A stretch of DNA of 53,510 nucleotides from a bacterium (GTDB taxonomy: Bacteria; JAJRZV01), in the NCBI GenBank assembly GCA_024275095.1, contig JAJRZV010000123.1, positions 1 to 53,510 on the forward strand, in the 5' to 3' direction. Positions 11,801-20,252 of the stretch are shown piece by piece. How positions within the stretch are numbered: the first letter of the stretch is position 1; each line of letters opens with the position of its first letter. The translations under genes and the position numbers were made by a program. The notes beneath the pieces are model-generated. The model saw nothing but the letters and a program-made list of their open reading frames with translations. It made no database searches and was not told where the DNA came from.

Positions 11801-14800
11801 TCACATACTGGGTCCCCTCCCCTGTGGCCTCAACACAGCAATCCGGATCTCCTGACACGCCCATCTCACATACACCATTATCATCATCAGGACACGCCTC
11901 TTTCACGTTCAAAATCGGGGAACGAAATTTTCCTGAATCGCCGGCTGTTTCCCTTACCTGCACCACTGTACGATCAAGCACATCAGTCTTGGTTCGATCG
12001 TAAACCCTTACAGTGGCGGTTATGACATCCAGCACTGAATCGTCCAGGTTCTCGTCTGGGTCCACAATTTCCACCACAAGCTGGGCGCCGGGTTTAATGT
12101 ACGGGCTGATTCCTCCACCCGCATAGGGCAGCTTGGCTGAGCAGTGAGTCTCCATCACCAGTACAGCGGCCTGGTAGTGACCGTTCTGATTCACCCCTTC
12201 AAAACCCGGCGTGGTGGATGGAAGAGCATATCTCATGGGTTCGTCATTGTTGGTATTCCCATCCCATGAATACCAGCCCTGTTGGGAAAGTGTATCTTTC
12301 ACCGCGACGAGATGTGCAGATTGAAAATTCTGAGTGGTCCCGTCAGGATACAAAACGAGTTGCGTGATATAACCCCACGTCAGCACATCATCTGCACGTG
12401 GATTAGACCTTCCCGGGGCACCGATCCCCTGGGAATTGGTCGTAAATGAAACATCGTCACCGTTGGTATATTCAAGAGTTATCCGTGCGTTGCCCACAGG
12501 GTTCCCATCTCGATTTATCACATAAACGATTCCATACCATGCCTGCATAACCGCAAGTGTAGTAACGTTGAAAACGTTTCCCGAGGTTCCGGCGATAATG
12601 CTGTCAAAATTGGAAGGGGTGGTGTCCACGCTGAAAATGGCTCCCTGGGCGGGGGACCCTGCAAATGTGTTATTCGTAATCACCGGTGACGAAAATATGT
12701 CATCCGCGGTACCCGAGGGACTCCGATCAGTCCCGTAGTACGGGGATATGTAAATACACTCTTGTGTACAGTCAGAGAAAGAATTGCCATCTATAGTTGG
12801 AGAAGACCCGGAAATATAAATGCCAGTTACTGCGGAAGCAAAGGAATTATTGGAATTGATGGTGACACCTGAGGAGAGGATGACTTGTAGATTGTATGCA
12901 CCACCTGAAACGCTATTTCCCTGGAGCAAAAAGGTGTTCCCACCTTCAAGGTATATTCCTGTATCCGTGGTATTCGAAATGAGATTATTCTGAAGAGTAA
13001 CGTTCGATGTCCCGTTAATGGATCTTATACCGTAGTAGTTAGAATTAATTCCTCCGGACCCCGAGACCTGGATTGTATCGCATGCGTCAGCACATACACC
13101 GGAACCTGAATTATAACAATTTGAAGTTTCTTCCGCGGAGGGTTTGCCCGCGTTGCTGATGTCCCCTATATTCGACAGCGTTATGTTCGACGAGCTTTCA
13201 CATGCAACGTTAGCATGAGTATTATTACTTATGGATGTAAGATTGGAAAGAGTAACCCCAGATGAGGAACCGGCGATACGCACGCCGTAATAAAGATTAT
13301 TTGAGACATCTCCACCGTCAAAGCTTACGGTGGAAGAGTTAAACAAATAAAATCCGGTAGAGCCGTTCCAGCTCATTGAAGTAGAAGATATGGTAATAGT
13401 AGAAGAGTTCTTGATTTCCACACCGGATGAAACGTTATTTTGAACAGTGGTATTTGAAATATTAACGGTGGAAGCATTATTTATATCAATACCGACTCCC
13501 GAATTGTATGTAATTGTACAATCGGATATGGTGAAGTTCTGCAGTCCTCCATTTGTGGAGGCATTCGCCACGACACCGCTGCCACCGTTGTTATTTACTG
13601 AACATGAAGGCCCTGATATGGTTACTCCATCAGCCTCCAGAATATGGACACCACCATCTACATTGTTATTTATGGTATTTTGCTTGATTAAAATATTATC
13701 AGAGCTATCACCTGTAATTTGAATCCCATATTCACCATTGTTGCTGATCGTATTTATAGCAATAATGTTTCCTCCAGAATTATTTATAAAAATACCGTGC
13801 GAACCACTTGATGAAATAAGACCTGAGTTGTACACAACACTGTCCGTCGCATCATTCAAAAGGTATACACCGTAAAAATGATTCCCAACAATTTCCACGT
13901 TATCTGTAACTACGTTCCCGTATGTGCCCACGTCTGAGATGGTAACTCCTACATAAAGTGAATTATCTATAATATTTGAAGGGCCAATCATATTATTATA
14001 TGCACCATAATTTATGAATACTCCGGTAAAATTTCCATCGATAGTTGAAGAAGCCACACGGTTGTTATACGAACTTTCGGAAATAAAAACGCCGTTTTCT
14101 CTATTATCAGATATTGTGCATCCGTAGATCAGGTTGTCGTGAGAACTGAGAAAAATGTAAATGCCCTCGTTGGCATTAGAACTGACAGTGGTACTTGTAA
14201 TGGTGTTCGAATAAGCACCACCAGCAATCTTGATGCCGTTCTCTCCATTGGATTCAAACGAGCTTCCTTCTATGTAGTTACCTGAAGAACCCGTCCCCAG
14301 GATTTCTAATCCGTTAAAATAATTCCACGAAGATGTAATATTAAAAAAACTATTGTTTGAAGCATCGAGAATAACAATAGCTGAACCCTTAAAATTGCTT
14401 ATGGTCAAATTTTCAAAGCAACTATCCGAAGAATATATCTCGAAAGCGTTGAAAATGCCTGAAGCAGATATCCCGTCCACGTACACTCCTGACGTGCCTC
14501 CTGATATAACCACGCCCTCGGTGAGTGTAAGTGCTCCCGAAGTGATAAACACGTGCGTTACAGAGGCAGCAAAAACAATGCCGTCAACTCCCGGCGTGGT
14601 ATTGGCCCATTCAACAGCTGCACGCAATGAACCTGGACCGGAATCCGCGGCACTGGTCACTGTCGTAACAGAAGCAGGCAGGGAACATGCAGACCAGGCT
14701 TCCGGGGCTGTATAGAAAAATGTCATTATAATAAAACAAGTTAAAAGTACCAGTTTCAGTGTTTTTATTTTTCGACGATGAGAATTTCTTTTGTAAAAAG

Positions 14801-14825
14801 ATGAAATAAAAAAATCCTTTTCCAC
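5808..14825 (-). CDS. Giant (3005 aa) surface/outer-membrane protein: signal peptide, right-handed beta-helix repeats, Ig-like repeats, DUF11/SdrD-like domain, OmpA-like peptidoglycan-binding domain, C-terminal predicted beta-barrel
   Basis: DSGPGSLRAA start; N/S/G-rich PbH1 repeats (about 12650-14450); GSVFMDIDYDGVRDPDEPGIAGV (about 10150); EGHTDSSG..YNLELSKKRA..GYGESRP..NRRVEI (about 9060-9260); alternating beta-strand C-terminus ending GFFVRVEGYY. Confidence 0.8.
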   Translation of the reverse strand: MEKDFFISSFYKRNSHRRKIKTLKLVLLTCFIIMTFFYTAPEAWSACSLPASVTTVTSAADSGPGSLRAAVEWANTTPGVDGIVFAASVTHVFITSGALTLTEGVVISGGTSGVYVDGISASGIFNAFEIYSSDSCFENLTISNFKGSAIVILDASNNSFFNITSSWNYFNGLEILGTGSSGNYIEGSSFESNGENGIKIAGGAYSNTITSTTVSSNANEGIYIFLSSHDNLIYGCTISDNRENGVFISESSYNNRVASSTIDGNFTGVFINYGAYNNMIGPSNIIDNSLYVGVTISDVGTYGNVVTDNVEIVGNHFYGVYLLNDATDSVVYNSGLISSSGSHGIFINNSGGNIIAINTISNNGEYGIQITGDSSDNILIKQNTINNNVDGGVHILEADGVTISGPSCSVNNNGGSGVVANASTNGGLQNFTISDCTITYNSGVGIDINNASTVNISNTTVQNNVSSGVEIKNSSTITISSTSMSWNGSTGFYLFNSSTVSFDGGDVSNNLYYGVRIAGSSSGVTLSNLTSISNNTHANVACESSSNITLSNIGDISNAGKPSAEETSNCYNSGSGVCADACDTIQVSGSGGINSNYYGIRSINGTSNVTLQNNLISNTTDTGIYLEGGNTFLLQGNSVSGGAYNLQVILSSGVTINSNNSFASAVTGIYISGSSPTIDGNSFSDCTQECIYISPYYGTDRSPSGTADDIFSSPVITNNTFAGSPAQGAIFSVDTTPSNFDSIIAGTSGNVFNVTTLAVMQAWYGIVYVINRDGNPVGNARITLEYTNGDDVSFTTNSQGIGAPGRSNPRADDVLTWGYITQLVLYPDGTTQNFQSAHLVAVKDTLSQQGWYSWDGNTNNDEPMRYALPSTTPGFEGVNQNGHYQAAVLVMETHCSAKLPYAGGGISPYIKPGAQLVVEIVDPDENLDDSVLDVITATVRVYDRTKTDVLDRTVVQVRETAGDSGKFRSPILNVKEACPDDDNGVCEMGVSGDPDCCVEATGEGTQYVRATFISQTDTYPPIDSCSGEVRVITNSEIYFYETQDDSIRIVTTFPAPTSIDFFVYDLDKRDGSANTYKRVNYIVKDPSGKTKSICYSIPIKETFADYHPEDPEYADGYFLGYVQAVTSQELADELNQTGCANAIYVEPGYRFCVSTQEVGENPRVSCAEIMGNSPCQMDIVNAADTKVSSYPVNSTMYFILQDRDENRNSQLPDEVQITVRNDESGDVELLTLVEDGDNTGVFRGEIFVSKYRNSSDVKSNDGVISANPDEVISVVFTDPDAPDDVCQAEANVVDTGTPSVLKIVDAGGSKLEIVNDTTDLYLELSDPDRNVATASPDEVTAVVFVGWQAPGEYADREVIKLEETGDNTGIFMSDRVEVEFSAGVPDDGVIQSPSNGLTVAAVYQDPVDITDRSVDTAVALQSFLKLKLEVLKKIVGTSSMAPFRLVIENPNPLPVAPSTLLIDVPPQLAIYRGRLFSKNGQMEISRGSPYTLSLTSLASMERRTFVGYFVPVPGVTKGTFNLKAVVAVNSTNISNQAMNTLAVTPDPIADNARIIGSVFMDIDYDGVRDPDEPGIAGVRVCIDKGACSITDEYGRYHINNIEVGESGTSGMIYERVQVKPDMSYLPPGFQLSEPSVIVELQRGETRKVNFPVFMELEPVKIPFQTLMKYRGSFSGRMTHHVIEGNAAKGVIYINGKRIKLPYVDADLSVRKEERYFILRKGRLDVKLSFMTSHNFQEPPDSYRFVIKDSSGKDIYTLEGSGNPPKSFSWNGRDRSGHMLLRTGNEYSFYIEAEKDGMYARSSVKTFVVLASPPMKTLERGVYFEKGLYYLLPEFIKKLRELAVYLRENPELKIIVEGHTDSSGPEWYNLELSKKRAEMVKDYLVIVEGISSDRITTIGYGESRPLYPNDTPENMARNRRVEIKTEGGKVLLQLSSFKPEVKVNGKKVDVDPSARFRYTLPPMEDKLSIFITDSTGKEQRFKGSFGHLIVGAPTSFEFALEEGKVVDLSISGEGLQYVLLDGERYDVPANEGLELSLFIKQPQGRFNITGFFKEHLPVRYVLEYTSTPVVKEGYVRSYLVLNLPEGDIHLSSRNLFISGEAPISCTVTVNGQLVSLDSEGRFHSFIHFPENVTATLLHVQAFLPEENVEIKKNVYFDKKDIYINALGYGIFGYSTENKFIKKGKLSVYGYGEHPEGLTFEFGIDSGVSDFEKMWKKIIQITPQRTDRIFQAIELNREYPEYGDDARSWDATASAGDTFLRLQFRKNASLVLGGYDTLFTDTELTYYNRSLYGLRYEFSSAELLKNLPTLRLKGFVSRENTAFERDEFRSTGGSLYFLRRKNVVEGSEKVLVELREHVSGVVVDYLVLKRNRDYSIDYSSGMIDLYYPLTTFVSSQRPDLFQEGHEIYLVVEYEYLSDGLENILYGERVELEPHKNVKLGVTAVKDGSYALGGIDVRFDFNRYVRGIFEFARSRRPQPFLDVSDDAGVSFYTQSITDAGSDWKDAWRVELGSDNDWFSASGFYMRREKGFTSGRSQSGGLEQYGLRISRRPQPLGGAFYYDYVDSGEGADRNVVQRVDLSGNYRWRSLQAGLVFSWAQRFPGKDEYGREAYISPSILYRFHVGEKQSVNPFIRAQFLLASRGHVYQGGHQVALGVVTDVLEPVMVSAEGSYGESGAAARVGLGYRGTKGDTTYASYSIMNRTGTTIGQFAFGTAYYLTKRMKFYGEQRIAHGGTNQRSNVVGVEWATAKGLNVNVYYEKGEIRVTSGSLERDTGGIVTTFQTPKFRIYGRFELSRSSSMTTSQGMNAEIAGRFKITKNLYTFSRYRRSLYKADTPTEPSRVISSYSEVTAGGALRDLFGRLDMLMKFSRVSDLREDVTGAGVPVKTQFLTAFADTACDVNDWLGFSFKTGWRRDRDKVDTISDAQDRFLVGPAVHLRFFSKWEAEVDYLLDYRSHGVFHGALVEVSRNIIEHLNLAAGYNFSSVEIGDYDLDSYTGHGFFVRVEGYY

Positions 14826-14910
14826 ACGTCAAATACACTCATTTTTCAAATTCTTATGGAAGCAATATATATTTTAAATCCCAACCCTCCCTTTACCTGG
14901 GCTGATTAAT

Positions 14911-14939
14911 ATTTTATAACCTTTTATTATTAAATTCAA
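14911..14939 (-). promoter_or_regulatory. Putative sigma70 promoter of the giant-protein operon
   Basis: Minus strand reads TTGAAT-17 bp-TAAAAT in the AT-rich intergenic region about 85 bp upstream of the start. Confidence 0.4.
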
Positions 14940-15121
14940 GGGAACCCGGCTTTAAACTGTGTAATAAACTTTTTGTCTATTAAAAAATGCAACAAAAAAT
15001 AAACAGTTAGATATATTTACATTTAAGGCATTTGTTATATTTCTCTCATATTTTTCATTTCTTCTTTATTTGTCGCCACTTTTATTAAAACCGGGAATGC
15101 CAACAAACAAAGCGAGTCTTA

Positions 15122-16699
15122 TCAAGGACCAAACCGCACCAATTCGAGAAAGTACTTTTTAAACTCATCGCTATCTGAAAGTTCGAGATGTGCGACTCGT
15201 TCAGCAAGTTCAAACGCTTTGTCTATGCATTCATCAAGAATAATTCTTTCACAGCCTCTCAAAGCGGCATTACCTGTAAACGAAATTTTGGATATCTCCA
15301 CTGGAGGCAGCACATTGAGTTCCACAAGCGCTTCTGCTGTGATATGAAGACCCATTGCTCCCGCAACGATGATTTCCTTTAAATCTTTAATCTGTACATC
15401 AGCCTTTCGCAGAAGAACCTCTATTGCACTACGCACCGCGCTTTTTGCAAGCTGAAAATTTCTGATATCGGACTGGTTCACAGTGATGGTGATTTCGGGG
15501 CTTCGGAAGAGTACAAACGCACGACCGTTTTCACCCTGTACCACTCTATCACCGAGTTCGCTTTTTATGTGGTACGATTCGCGAATGGTACCATCTTTAT
15601 CAATTATTCCTTTGCGATGTAGAAAGTGAATAACAGCAAAAAGTCCTGACCCACAGATACCAAGTGGAGTTCGGCGATCACCCACAATTTTCAGAGAAAA
15701 CCCATCATTTTTCTCTTCTATTCCGCATATAGCTCCTTCAACAGCCGGCATCCCGTGAATTATGTTTCCACCTTCAAATGCAGGCCCTGCAGGGGCGGAA
15801 GTAGCTACCAGGTGATTATCCGGGGTTTTAAGCACAATTTCCGCGTTTGTACCGAGATCAACAAAGATGAGCGGTCCGGGCCTTTCTTCTATACTTACGG
15901 CAAGAAGACCCGCCGTGATGTCACCTCCAACGAATGGGCCTATTACAGGTACGGTGTCAATGTGAACCTGTGCTTTATCCCCGGCCGCAACCATTTCCAC
16001 ACTCTGGGATGTAAAAACACGCTTTCTCAATGGAAAGGGGTATCGAGTTAACTCTACCGGCGAAAGACCATTAAATATATAAGACATGATGGTATTTCCA
16101 GCAACGACAGCTCGTTTGAGGTCTCGGCCATGTACGGTTTTCACTGCTCTCTTCAATCCCTTCTTGAGAAGTGAAAATACCATCTCCCTCATACTTCTCA
16201 AATTTTCTTTGTCCTCATCAATGGCGTGGACACGTGAAAGAACGTCTGCTCCGTAAATGCATTGAGGATTATAAGAATTCCCTTCTATGACCTTCGAACG
16301 CGAAACAACATCAACAAGAGAAAGGCCGATGGTGGTTGTACCCAGGTCAACGGCGGCAGCACATTCTACACTTTTTGCATGTGGTTCAGAAAAAAAGAAG
16401 TTGTAAGAAACAACAGGAACCTCTACTGTGAGGTGGGTGAAACGCCGTTCGCTACAGGCAAGTACATAACCCTGTGCAAGCATTTCACTTGGTACATTTC
16501 TCTGCGTAACATCTGATATATCTTTCAAATCTCCATTTACTACTTTCACCAGGCACCTGCCACACCGGCCCGTTCCTCCACATGTAGCAGGAAGAAGAAT
16601 ACCGGCGATTCTGGCTGCGTCAAGTATAGACGCGCTGGAAGATACTGTAACTTCCTTTTTACCCGGGATAAAAAGAATTTTTTTTGGAGGTCCTGACAT
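15122..16699 (-). CDS. ASKHA-domain 2Fe-2S protein (DUF4445/RACo, reductive activator of corrinoid proteins)
   Basis: N-terminal CGGTGRCGRC...LAC ferredoxin, VDLGTTT, NPQ..YGADVLSR, FVGGDI, DLGTNAE, SAPAGPAFEG, GICGSG, DIRNFQLAK, GNAAL.G. Confidence 0.9.
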   Translation of the reverse strand: MSGPPKKILFIPGKKEVTVSSSASILDAARIAGILLPATCGGTGRCGRCLVKVVNGDLKDISDVTQRNVPSEMLAQGYVLACSERRFTHLTVEVPVVSYNFFFSEPHAKSVECAAAVDLGTTTIGLSLVDVVSRSKVIEGNSYNPQCIYGADVLSRVHAIDEDKENLRSMREMVFSLLKKGLKRAVKTVHGRDLKRAVVAGNTIMSYIFNGLSPVELTRYPFPLRKRVFTSQSVEMVAAGDKAQVHIDTVPVIGPFVGGDITAGLLAVSIEERPGPLIFVDLGTNAEIVLKTPDNHLVATSAPAGPAFEGGNIIHGMPAVEGAICGIEEKNDGFSLKIVGDRRTPLGICGSGLFAVIHFLHRKGIIDKDGTIRESYHIKSELGDRVVQGENGRAFVLFRSPEITITVNQSDIRNFQLAKSAVRSAIEVLLRKADVQIKDLKEIIVAGAMGLHITAEALVELNVLPPVEISKISFTGNAALRGCERIILDECIDKAFELAERVAHLELSDSDEFKKYFLELVRFGP

Positions 16700-16707
16700 T
16701 TTTTATC

Positions 16708-17634
16708 TTAAATGATAATAACCTTTATCTCCTCACCCCATTCACTTATGACCGTCTCGAGTGCTTTTGAACCTCCGGCAAATACTGCCGTCGCAATAGC
16801 ATCGCATAACATGCCATTGTGAGCCAGAACAGTAACGGATTTAAAGTATCGGGCCGGAAAGCCCGTAAGAGGGTTGATAATGTGAGGTAAACGCTGAGTA
16901 CCAACGCGGAAATATCTTTCGTATCCACCCGAGGTGCATATAAATTCAAAGTTTTTTACCTCGAGCACAGCTGCAATTTTCTCGGATAATGCAGGGCTTA
17001 CCACTCCTATTGTCCATGTCCTCCTGCGATGGCCGTACAGCAGATCGTCACCGCCTGCATTCACAACAGCCCATGGTGTTCCGGCTTTTTTAAAAATTTT
17101 CCATGCTAAATCCAGGGTATACCCCTTGGCAATACCTCCCACATCCACCATAGCACCCGTGTCAACTTTTACCTTCCCCCCGTAAAAATGTACTGAATTG
17201 CACGAAGATCCAGCGAGTGCCCTGACAATAGTCTTTCGTGAAGGGAAAGCATTATTCCGTGATGCCATGTCCCACAGCCTGTAAACTCCAAAAATGGCTG
17301 GATTGAAATATCCGCCAGTACGCTTGCAAATTTCCACAGCCTTTTTCAAAACCTTTAGCGTATGTGAAGAAACTTCTATCCACTGACCCTGCGATCTATT
17401 GAGACGTGAAATATCACTGGTGTGTTTATACTTACTCATGAGCTCAGTTATGGTATCCATCATGTTTTTCACTTCTTTCGTCGCATTTTTATATCCATCG
17501 GGAAGGGAAATTTTCACAACAGTTCCCATAGACTGAAATGTAATGGAATAGATACTCTCCTTGTGTTTATTGCAACTCGTACATACCGACAACGACAAAA
17601 CCAACAACCCACGAAAAACAATTCTCTTTCTCAC
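16708..17634 (-). CDS. apbE: FAD:protein FMN transferase, lipoprotein
   Basis: Lipoprotein-like signal, SMGT, SDISRLN, VDVGGIAKGY, NAGGD, TSGGYERY, HIINPLTG, DAIATA. Confidence 0.92.
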   Translation of the reverse strand: MRKRIVFRGLLVLSLSVCTSCNKHKESIYSITFQSMGTVVKISLPDGYKNATKEVKNMMDTITELMSKYKHTSDISRLNRSQGQWIEVSSHTLKVLKKAVEICKRTGGYFNPAIFGVYRLWDMASRNNAFPSRKTIVRALAGSSCNSVHFYGGKVKVDTGAMVDVGGIAKGYTLDLAWKIFKKAGTPWAVVNAGGDDLLYGHRRRTWTIGVVSPALSEKIAAVLEVKNFEFICTSGGYERYFRVGTQRLPHIINPLTGFPARYFKSVTVLAHNGMLCDAIATAVFAGGSKALETVISEWGEEIKVIII

Positions 17635-18356
17635 TGCGAAACAAGCTGGGGAAGCACTTCTCCAGCCTTCCCTCTCAGGGACACATCGGCCGTATATGAA
17701 ATAGGCGTGGCCTGGGGATTGACCTCGATAATAAATGCTCCACTCACTTTAGCTGCATCGGCAAGCGATGCAGCTGGTTGAACGACACCGGAAGTGCCCA
17801 CCACCAGGCACACGTCACAGGAGCGAACCCTTTCCATTGATATACGAATCACACCTGAAGGAATGGCCTCACCAAACCACACAACGCCCGGCCTTTCAAG
17901 GCTTCCACACCCCGGGCACGTGGGTAACCCTTCAAATTTCACGGTATCATCGAACCTTTCGTTTCCACAGCGTGTGCACCTGTTGATCCATATGTTTCCG
18001 TGAAATTCCACCAGCCTCTCATTGCCTGCTTTTCGATGTAAACCGTCAACGTTTTGTGTAATGAGAAAGAAGCGATCCAACAGGCGATCTTCGAGAGTCT
18101 TTAATGCCAGATGACCGGGATTGGGCTCAGCTTTTCCAATAATGGACCGTCTCCAGTAATACCATTCCCACACCAGTTCAGGATTACGCGCAAATGCACC
18201 TGGAGTGGCAAGCTCTTCAGGGCGATAATTTTTCCACAGTCCATCTTCGCCTCTGAAGGTGGGCACACCGCTCTCTGCGGAAATACCTGCACCCGTTAAT
18301 ACGACCACCCTGGAAGCCCGGAGCAGCGCATCCATTGCTTTTTCTATATCTTCCAT
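17631..18356 (-). CDS. cobB: NAD-dependent protein deacylase (Sir2 family, class III)
   Basis: GAGISAESGVPTFRG, WEWYYWRR (YxxR), TQNVDGLH, HG, Zn-binding CxxC pairs, RPGVVWFGE, GTSG.V.PAA. Confidence 0.95.
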   Translation of the reverse strand: MEDIEKAMDALLRASRVVVLTGAGISAESGVPTFRGEDGLWKNYRPEELATPGAFARNPELVWEWYYWRRSIIGKAEPNPGHLALKTLEDRLLDRFFLITQNVDGLHRKAGNERLVEFHGNIWINRCTRCGNERFDDTVKFEGLPTCPGCGSLERPGVVWFGEAIPSGVIRISMERVRSCDVCLVVGTSGVVQPAASLADAAKVSGAFIIEVNPQATPISYTADVSLRGKAGEVLPQLVSQ

Positions 18357-18365
18357 GTAAACACC

Positions 18366-19142
18366 TCACAGGCCCATGATGTGGTATCCTGCATCTACAA
18401 AAAGTATTTCCCCGGTAATGCCCGAGGCAAGAGGAGTCACGAGAAAAAGCGCAGCTGAAGCCACCTCCTCGTGGGTGATATTCCTTTTCAACGGTGCACG
18501 TTGAGGATAGACATCGAGGATCCTGGAAAAACCTTTTATGCCCCTTGCCGCCAGCGTGTTAAGTGGGCCGGCAGATATTGCATTAACCCGTATTCCTTTT
18601 TGTTCTCCAAGCTCCCATGCGAGATACCTGACTATACTTTCCAGTGCTGCCTTAGCCACTCCCATCACATTATAACCCGGTACCACTCGTTCAGACGCCA
18701 TGTATGTCATCGTAAGCACACTGCCGCCTTCTTCCATAATTTGCACTGCATGGTGGCTCATGAGAATAAGTGAATAAGCACTGATGTCCAGAGCCTGCGC
18801 AAAGCCATGGCGTGAAGTATTCAAAAATGAGCCACCAAGCTCCTCTCGTGGTGCAAAAGCAATGGAGTGAATAAGGGTATAAACCTGTCCCTTTTCTGAT
18901 TTAACTTTCTCAAAAAGATTCTTTACAGCATCTTCATTTGTCACATCACATTCTACCAGTAGTGGCTCGCCCACCTCTCCGGCGATTTCTTCTACCCGAC
19001 GCTTCAGTTTTTCGTTTTGATAGGTGAGTACCAGTTCAGCCCCGGCTTCATGAAGCCTGCGGGCCACAGCCCAGGCAATGCTGTACTTGTTGGCAACCCC
19101 GGCAACAACAGCAACCTTACCAGAAAGGTCCATCTTAACCAT
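18366..19142 (-). CDS. fabI: Enoyl-ACP reductase (NADH)
   Basis: GVANKYSIAW, HSIAFA, ISAYSL, YNVMGVAKAALE, VNAISAGP. GGAGGTG ribosome-binding site upstream of the ATG at 19142. Confidence 0.95.
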   Translation of the reverse strand: MVKMDLSGKVAVVAGVANKYSIAWAVARRLHEAGAELVLTYQNEKLKRRVEEIAGEVGEPLLVECDVTNEDAVKNLFEKVKSEKGQVYTLIHSIAFAPREELGGSFLNTSRHGFAQALDISAYSLILMSHHAVQIMEEGGSVLTMTYMASERVVPGYNVMGVAKAALESIVRYLAWELGEQKGIRVNAISAGPLNTLAARGIKGFSRILDVYPQRAPLKRNITHEEVASAALFLVTPLASGITGEILFVDAGYHIMGL

Positions 19143-19343
19143 GTTCACCTCCAATTCTGTTATTCTTCACATGTGTTTTATCATGCTTTGTTCTTTCTCA
19201 CAAATATCCCTGCGAACCTTGCGCATTTTAAAATTCGGTCATCGCAGATCAATAGCGTTTTTGCATATTACTTTCTACTACTCTCCTCTGGGTCCCTTTC
19301 CCAAACCGTTCTTTTACCAGAACCGAAATGATATAATTGGAAT

Positions 19344-19553
19344 ATGAAAAAGAAATTCACTATCACCTTTAAAAGATTTTCCACGTTTCGGGAAGAGAAC
19401 AAAGAAAGTGAGAGGTGGTGGCTCTCTTTCACACCAGAGGAAAGAGTTGCACTGGTTGATTCAATGATTACCGACATTTTGAAATCAGAGGGAGTGAAGG
19501 TTGAAAGTCCACCCAGATTACGAAGAGTTCTTAAAATCGTTAAACGAAAATAA
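19344..19553 (+). CDS. Small protein (69 aa), probable partner of the downstream nucleotidyltransferase
   Basis: WWLSFTPEERV...PRLRRVLKIVKR resembles short proteins found upstream of minimal nucleotidyltransferases; overlaps the next gene. Confidence 0.55.
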   Translation: MKKKFTITFKRFSTFREENKESERWWLSFTPEERVALVDSMITDILKSEGVKVESPPRLRRVLKIVKRK

Positions 19554-19951
19554 CGTCAAATATCTCATAATTGGTGCGCACGCTCTTGCATATCAAGGAA
19601 TTCCTCGTGCAACGAAAGATCTGGGTATATGGATTGGCAATTCACGGGAAAACGCTTATGCTTTTAAAAGCACTGAAGGATTTTTTTGGAGAATGTTTCG
19701 ACATTTCGATCAGGGACATCACGGAAGGAAAACATATCTTCCAGTTTGGGGTGGCGCATGTAAGAATCGACATAATTACCGGCTTGGACAAAATTAATTT
19801 CGAAGAAGCGTGGAACAAAAGAATAATCGGAAGATACGGCTCCGTCGGCACAAATTACATATCAAAGGAAGACCTCATAAAAATCAAGCACCTGGCAGGA
19901 AGGCTTCAGGACATTGCAGACATCGAACAAACTCAAAGCCTTGGAGCCTGA
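19501..19951 (+). pseudogene. Frameshifted nucleotidyltransferase (DUF6036-like)
   Basis: N-half LKSLNENNVKYLIIGAHALAYQGIPRATKDLGIWI...ENA continues in the +1 frame as MLLKALKDFF...RIDII...SKEDLIKIK..AGRLQDIADIE. Shift near 19657. Confidence 0.75.
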
Positions 19952-20252
19952 TTCTTCGTCCTGATAATAAATATACCTTAACCGCAATGTTGAGTTCAGA
20001 GCAATGCACTCGATTACCATGCAGGACTTCACCAAAATATATTTCAAGCGTCTACAATGGATTTTCCAAAAATCCGTGTAACTGTTAAAAAAAACTGCCT
20101 GAAAGCTCTGCTCCAGTGATATAAATGCACAACGCATATAAAAAAACAAGGTGTGAGGTATACCCGGGACCGGTTCGAACGTTACACCCCGGGTATCTGT
20201 CCGGATGTTAAAACTTTGTAATTGTGCGAGAGTAATACAATGCCGGTATTTC

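Noticed and set aside
14826-15121. c-di-GMP riboswitch or sigma54 promoter upstream of the giant adhesin
   Set aside because: The region is very AT-rich, with no GEMM consensus and no correctly spaced GG-N10-GC element.
20160-20200. tRNA fragment (GGTTCGAAC resembles a T-loop)
   Set aside because: No cloverleaf, T-stem pairing or acceptor end can be built.
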